Positions 27,095 to 32,000 of a stretch of DNA of 32,000 nt are shown piece by piece. Below the pieces are notes generated by a model. It searched no databases and had not been told where the DNA came from. It worked only from the letters and a program-made list of their open reading frames with translations. Origin of the DNA: Promethearchaeota archaeon (GTDB lineage: Archaea > Asgardarchaeota > Lokiarchaeia > Sigyniarchaeales > Promethearchaeaceae); NCBI GenBank assembly GCA_016933055.1, contig JAFGBS010000034.1, positions 120,001 to 152,000 on the forward strand, given 5' to 3'. A program made the position numbers and the translations under genes. How positions within the stretch are numbered: the stretch's first letter is position 1; each line of letters begins with the position of its first letter.

Positions 27095-27868
27095 ATGTTA
27101 TATGCCGGGATCGACATCGGAAGTTTAACCGGAAAAGCGGTTATAATGAAGGATGATGACCTAATTTCAAGTTCTATCATTCAAGTAAAGAGAAATCCCG
27201 TCTTGACCTCAGAACTGGTATATACAGATGCTTTATCAAAAACTGGATTCACACCCGATGAAATTGATTATTGCGTGGGGACAGGTTATGGACGGGAACG
27301 GATTCCTTATATCAACAAATCATTAAGTGAAATCAGTTGCCATGGAAGGGGAGCCTTCTTCCTAAATAATGCAATCCGTTCAATTATTGATGTGGGAGGC
27401 CAGGACTGTAAAGTTATTTCTATTGATGAATATGGCGAGTTAGTAGACTTTCGAATGAATGAGAAATGTGCCGCAGGAACGGGTCGATATTTAGAAATCA
27501 TGGCAGACTTATTAGGTCTCGCATTGCCAGAGTTGGGCGCCATCTCCTTAAAGTCCAAAACTCCAATCTCCTTATCGAGTGAATGCAGTATTTATGCACA
27601 ATCAGAGGTTTTGAATTATATATCTCGAAAAATAAAAAAAGCAGACATTGCAGCGGGAATTAACCATGCAATGGCGCAGCGTGTCCATAAAATGACAGAA
27701 AAAATTAACTTGCAACCTAAATTCACCATCACTGGAGGTGTAGCTAAAAATGTGGGAGTTGTGAAAGCGTTAGAAAGACTAATGAAAGTAGAATTTCAAT
27801 CATTAAGTATAGATTCCCAATTAATTGGTGCATTGGGTGCTGCAATCTTTGCAAAATCTTATTGGTGA
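27095..27868 (+). CDS. ASKHA-type CoA-substrate activase, canonical copy (HgdC/BcrA/BcrD family)
   Basis: GIDIGS, TGYG, EISCHGRGA, DVGGQD, NEKCAAGTG, CSIYAQSE, GGVAKN. The start is at ATG 27095, with AGGAGG at 27077-27082. Confidence 0.94.
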   Translation: MLYAGIDIGSLTGKAVIMKDDDLISSSIIQVKRNPVLTSELVYTDALSKTGFTPDEIDYCVGTGYGRERIPYINKSLSEISCHGRGAFFLNNAIRSIIDVGGQDCKVISIDEYGELVDFRMNEKCAAGTGRYLEIMADLLGLALPELGAISLKSKTPISLSSECSIYAQSEVLNYISRKIKKADIAAGINHAMAQRVHKMTEKINLQPKFTITGGVAKNVGVVKALERLMKVEFQSLSIDSQLIGALGAAIFAKSYW

Positions 27869-27871
27869 TCA

Positions 27872-28867
27872 TTATTTTATATATCCATTCTCCCGATACC
27901 AATCAACTGCTTTCTCAATAGTATGTTTTATCGGAGTTTGGGGCAACCCTAATTCATCTATTGCTTTCGAACAATCAAAATGTTCTCCCATTTTTCCCAA
28001 ACGTACTTGAGATACTGATACCGTAGGAGGTTTTTTTGTTATTCGGGATCCTAATTGGAATAAATACCCTAAGAAAATTGCAAGTCTATATGGAATTTTC
28101 AGTTTTGGAGGTTTTACTCCCGTAATTTCTGCGATTAGGTTAAAAAATTCACCAACATATATATTATTATTTCCAAAGAGATATCTCTCTCCACTTCGTC
28201 CTTTCTTCGCTGCTAAGATGTGTCCTCGCGCAACATCTTCTACGTCTATGACATTAATCGCTCCTTCAATATATCCTGGCATATCACCGTTCGCAATGTC
28301 AACAATTAAGGCTCCTGATGGAGTAGGTTTACTATCCCCTACTCCAATTACTAACGTTGGATTCACAATGACCATAGGAAGTCCTTTTTCACAAATTTTC
28401 TTTGCTTCAATCTCTGCTAAATATTTAGAAATCGCATAATGATCCTTTGCCTTCCAACCGTTAAATTCGGCTTCCTCCGTGACATAGTTCCCAGCTCCAT
28501 GAGAACCAATAGTATTTGATGTACTTGTATAGACTACTTTTTCAAATCCTTGAGATAAAGCTTCTTCGAGAAGAGTTTTGGTTCCTTCCACATTAATATC
28601 GTAAAACAATTGGGTATTTGGTGACCAATGCGCAAAATATGCAGCAACATGATATAGTGTATCGCATCCTTTCAACGCGTTTTTTACCGATTCTCTATTC
28701 CGAATATCACAATAAACTTTTTCTACATCCAAATCATTAATATTACGCGTATCACTATTCTTTCTAAGAGTAATTCGTATCTCTTCGCCATCCTTTATCA
28801 ATTCTCTTACAACATTGGAACCAATGAAACCAGTTGCACCAGTAACTAGAGTTTTCAATTTAATCAC
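27872..28867 (-). CDS. Extended SDR, NAD-dependent epimerase/dehydratase (HpnA/dihydroflavonol-reductase-like)
   Basis: TGATGFIG, HVAA, VYTST, YAISK, VNPT, VEDVARGH. Confidence 0.92.
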   Translation of the reverse strand: MIKLKTLVTGATGFIGSNVVRELIKDGEEIRITLRKNSDTRNINDLDVEKVYCDIRNRESVKNALKGCDTLYHVAAYFAHWSPNTQLFYDINVEGTKTLLEEALSQGFEKVVYTSTSNTIGSHGAGNYVTEEAEFNGWKAKDHYAISKYLAEIEAKKICEKGLPMVIVNPTLVIGVGDSKPTPSGALIVDIANGDMPGYIEGAINVIDVEDVARGHILAAKKGRSGERYLFGNNNIYVGEFFNLIAEITGVKPPKLKIPYRLAIFLGYLFQLGSRITKKPPTVSVSQVRLGKMGEHFDCSKAIDELGLPQTPIKHTIEKAVDWYRENGYIK

Positions 28868-29027
28868 ATTATAGAGAAGGCTCTACAGAAATAAATCTTC
28901 AAAATTTCAGACTTAAAACTCCATACCCTATTGAGGACATGAATTCGGAGTTAAAAGATAAATAATGATGATTGGGATATTCCTAGGAATTTAAATAAAC
29001 CTTTAACCAAATCAAATTTTAGAATGG

Positions 29028-29807
29028 TTGATGAAGAGGATGAAAAAGGATCAGTACACTTTAGCGTACATCAATTTGAATGCTGTAATCAAAAGTATTG
29101 TACATTTGTATGAATTAGATAAAGAAATCAAGGATTTAGTGGGAGACAGAAATATTGCTATTCAATTTATAGTTAGAAAGGGTCCCTCTGCTTTACTTAA
29201 GTTTGAAAATGGAAAGTGCACCTTCCTAGAGGGACGGCATAAAAATGATGTGTTATTATTTTTCGTTTCACCAATTCATTTCAATAACATGATTAATGGA
29301 AAATCTAACCCAATTCCTCTAAAAGGTTTCATAAAATTAGGGTTCTTGACAAAAGAGTTTAATACAATTACGAAGAAACTCGAATATTATCTTAGACCGA
29401 CTAGAGATCTGTTAGAAAATGAGAATTATGCTAAAATAAATACGATTCTAGCATTCTATACTGCTTTTAATGCCTTATGTCAGGTTGCTAATACCGATGA
29501 GGTTGGAAAATACACTGCTAAACGGTTAAGCGATGGAAATGCATTAGCTACGATAGGTACCTCTGAAAAAGTCTATATTGAAGTTAAAAAGCATACATTA
29601 AAAACGTATATTGGAGAACCAGAGAAAGTCCATGCAAGGATGGAATTTGTTGATTATGAAACCGCAAGTGGTATGTTAAACGATACAGTAGACGCTTATA
29701 GCTGTATAGGAAGTAAGAGGTTAAAACTGTCAGGATATATTCCACTGCTTGAAGATTTGAATGCATTGTTGTATCAAACATCGATGTACTTGAAGGAGGA
29801 TACATAA
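29028..29807 (+). CDS. Hypothetical protein, probably two SCP2-like domains
   Basis: 259 aa in two halves with alternating beta/alpha pattern, ending in KRLKLSGYIPLL. It lies 2 nt from the next gene. The fold is inferred. Confidence 0.5.
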   Translation: MMKRMKKDQYTLAYINLNAVIKSIVHLYELDKEIKDLVGDRNIAIQFIVRKGPSALLKFENGKCTFLEGRHKNDVLLFFVSPIHFNNMINGKSNPIPLKGFIKLGFLTKEFNTITKKLEYYLRPTRDLLENENYAKINTILAFYTAFNALCQVANTDEVGKYTAKRLSDGNALATIGTSEKVYIEVKKHTLKTYIGEPEKVHARMEFVDYETASGMLNDTVDAYSCIGSKRLKLSGYIPLLEDLNALLYQTSMYLKEDT

Positions 29808-29809
29808 AA

Positions 29810-31057
29810 ATGAAAACTAATGAATATAATGAATCAATGAAACTATTCAAAAGAGCATTAAAAGTCATTCCAACTGGAGTTCCAAGTCATTTGGGACCAG
29901 TTAATGGGTGTTTTATACCGATTGATGCTTTTCCACTATTCTCCGGGAAAGCAGAGGGATCTTACTTCTGGGATGTTGATGGCAACAAATTTATTGATTA
30001 TATGTGTGCTTATGGACCAAACATCTTGGGATATAATGATCCGGATGTTGAAAATACCGCTAAAGAACAAATGCTGCTTGGCAACTGCGTTACTTTACCT
30101 TCAATAAAAAGCATCGAAATGGCTGAGTTGTTAGTAAATACCGTTGAAATGGCAGATTGGGCATTTTTTGCAAAGAATGGAGGAGATGTTACCAATTTTT
30201 CATTGATGATTGCTAAAGCCAAAACAGGTAGAACGAAGACACTTTTAATCAAAGGCGGATACCATGGAATCGCACCATGGACACAAAAACTAGGAATGCC
30301 GGGTGTCATTTATGACGATATAAAAAATAATATTTATGTGGATTGGAACGATTATGAGCAAGTAGAACGTGCTATTGAAAAAAATAAAGATGAGATTGCA
30401 TGTTTTCTGGCAACTCCCTATCATCATCCGACATTCGAAGATAATCAAATGCCTAAGGATAAGTACTGGCAAAAAATTAGAAAGTTATGCACGGATAATG
30501 GTATAATTCTCGCTATTGATGACATCAGATGCGGATTTAGACTAGATTTGAAAGGAAGTGACCATTATTTCGGCTTTAAAGCTGATCTCTTATGTCTTTC
30601 AAAAACGCTTGGAAATGGTTGGAATCTCTCTGCAATTTTGGGAACCGATGAAATGAAATTAGCCGCTTCAAATGTTTTCTACACCGGAACTTACTGGTTA
30701 AGTTCAATACCATTTGCAGCCGGAATTGCCACAATAAATAAGTTAAAACAGATTAACGCGACTGAGTTGATGAAAAAACTTGGTGAGAAGCTGACAAATG
30801 GATTGAATAAGGTTGCAAAGGATAATGGATTTAATTTAAAGGTAACAGGGCATCCCTCAATGTGGTTTATGAGAATAGCAGATGATGATACTTTGAATTT
30901 ACATCAAGAATGGATTGCTGAATGCGTAAAACGAGGTGTTTTCTTTACTAGCCACCATAATCAATTCATTAACTGTTCCTTAACTGAAGCTGATATAGAA
31001 GTAACTTTGAAGGTCGCAGATGAAGCCTTTAAAGTAGTGAGGAAAAATCATTCTTAG
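29810..31057 (+). CDS. Class III PLP-dependent aminotransferase (GSA-aminomutase-like, not canonical HemL)
   Basis: GSYFWDVDGNKFIDY, AKNGGD, GGYHG, DDIRCGFR, SKTLGNG (PLP lysine). Confidence 0.92.
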   Translation: MKTNEYNESMKLFKRALKVIPTGVPSHLGPVNGCFIPIDAFPLFSGKAEGSYFWDVDGNKFIDYMCAYGPNILGYNDPDVENTAKEQMLLGNCVTLPSIKSIEMAELLVNTVEMADWAFFAKNGGDVTNFSLMIAKAKTGRTKTLLIKGGYHGIAPWTQKLGMPGVIYDDIKNNIYVDWNDYEQVERAIEKNKDEIACFLATPYHHPTFEDNQMPKDKYWQKIRKLCTDNGIILAIDDIRCGFRLDLKGSDHYFGFKADLLCLSKTLGNGWNLSAILGTDEMKLAASNVFYTGTYWLSSIPFAAGIATINKLKQINATELMKKLGEKLTNGLNKVAKDNGFNLKVTGHPSMWFMRIADDDTLNLHQEWIAECVKRGVFFTSHHNQFINCSLTEADIEVTLKVADEAFKVVRKNHS

Positions 31058-31106
31058 ATTAGATTCTCGTTACATGGGATTTCGCTTAAAATTGAACATG
31101 TTCTGA

Positions 31107-31556
31107 TTACAAACTAAATGGAAGTTTATAGTCCCTTTTTTTACCAATCCCATAACCAATGAAACCACCGACAATGAACAATCCTATTATTGTGCTCTAA
31201 AGGATCCACGGTCCTGCAGGTTTGAAATTCAATAATAATACCCCAAGACCAGTGATTCCACATATTAATGCAAACACAAAAAACAATCCAAACCCGATAG
31301 CGAAGGTTCCAAAAGCGATGTATACGACTTTATTTACTATTTTAGAAGGTTTTACTCTGATATAATAGGCAACAAGCAATACTAAAAATAACATAATTTC
31401 GGAAAGAATGAATATAATTTTGTTATCCGCAAAAAAATAAAAGGTGATACCCGAACCAATCATCGAAATAAAAATTACTATCCAAAACGGTTTCCACCAT
31501 TTTAGTTTTGGTGGTTTTTCATCATGTGTGTGTAATATTTGTGCTGTGATTGTCAC
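31107..31556 (-). pseudogene. Small membrane-protein gene interrupted by an in-frame TAG (31199-31197)
   Basis: After the TAG the frame continues for 29 codons, STIIGLFIVGGFIGYGIGKKRDYKLPFSL*, which is a TM helix followed by basic residues. The 5' end may also be frameshifted in an (AC) tract. Confidence 0.6.
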
Positions 31557-31663
31557 TCATTTTTATTAATTATAACAATGTTCAATATTGTATTAAGTAA
31601 AATGGTTCTTCATTGCAAAACCAATGATGTATGATCCTTTTTTATTTTAAAGACCAACAAAAT

Positions 31664-31999
31664 TTAGTTGGTTTCTAATAAATTCTGAGCGATCCTTTTG
31701 ATTGCTTTAACAGCTACACTACTATCGTCAAGTATATCAAGTGATTCTCCCATTTGTTCAATTTTTATTAATTTCTCATCAAAAGGAACCACTCCAATGA
31801 TTGGAATCCCGACTTGTTCGATTTTGTCTTTGAACTTCGCATCAAAATCTCCCATTTTTTTATTTACAATCAATCCAATCTTCTTAAAACCGATAAAATT
31901 GTTTGCTGATTTGGCAATGAACTCAGCAGTTTCTACACTACGAAGAGAATAATCCGTTATAATGATTATATAATCTACTTCACCCAAAACCTGGCGGTG
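31664..31999 (-). CDS. CooC/MinD-family ATPase, C-terminal part (runs off the right edge)
   Basis: The frame is open to the window end: HRQVLGEVDYIIIITDYSLRSVETA..GLIVNK..GVVPFDE, matching the C-terminal half of CooC-type nickel-insertion ATPases. Confidence 0.75.
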   Translation of the reverse strand, partial: HRQVLGEVDYIIIITDYSLRSVETAEFIAKSANNFIGFKKIGLIVNKKMGDFDAKFKDKIEQVGIPIIGVVPFDEKLIKIEQMGESLDILDDSSVAVKAIKRIAQNLLETN

Positions 32000-32000
32000 A

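Noticed and set aside
29028-31057. Lower-GC stretch as a horizontally acquired island
   Set aside because: Based only on spot checks (19/60 G+C in the line at 29041 versus 27/60 at 18001). There is no integrase, tRNA or flanking repeat, and a sliding-window computation would be needed.
31197-31199. Pyrrolysine at the in-frame TAG
   Set aside because: The codon lies at the edge of a TM helix in a non-methyltransferase protein, and no pyl genes are in the window. A nonsense mutation is simpler.
1-32000. tRNA, rRNA, CRISPR arrays, IS elements
   Set aside because: No cloverleaf, regularly spaced repeats, transposase motifs or terminal inverted repeats were seen. All intergenic gaps are short.

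Overview
AT-rich archaeal DNA, most consistent with an Asgard archaeon of the Lokiarchaeia type. This is inferred from two longin-fold proteins, a eukaryote-style SECIS hairpin, and the proteasome beta, Hdr and Fwd genes. The main hidden feature is a two-gene selenoprotein operon that the ORF track breaks apart. hdrA (11589..9619) reads through an in-frame UGA at 10986-10984 in the motif DCSI-U-IL. mvhD (9604..9131) reads through an in-frame UGA at 9553-9551 in the motif C-W-K-U. One eukaryote-type SECIS (9120..9050) follows both genes, with only 14 nt between them. About 5 kb away, a fwdA-hdrC-hdrB-hdrA-mvhD-fwdG-fwdF-fwdC operon carries all-cysteine paralogues of the same two proteins and has no fwdB/fwdD or mvhA/mvhG. 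Other contents: a 1614-aa FG-GAP surface protein coupled to an NPRL2/uDENN-like longin protein, an FKBP PPIase with an HDHDHDH motif, an ITPK1-like ATP-grasp enzyme, a CDP-alcohol phosphotransferase, a longin-fusion protein, and an unannotated 56-aa Cys/His protein. The right part holds a 2-hydroxyacyl-CoA dehydratase/benzoyl-CoA-reductase-type cluster with two activases, SCP2-like genes, a class III aminotransferase, an amber-interrupted membrane gene and the end of a CooC-like ATPase. I saw no rRNA, tRNA, CRISPR array or mobile element. All family assignments come from recognising motifs by eye; no database search was run.
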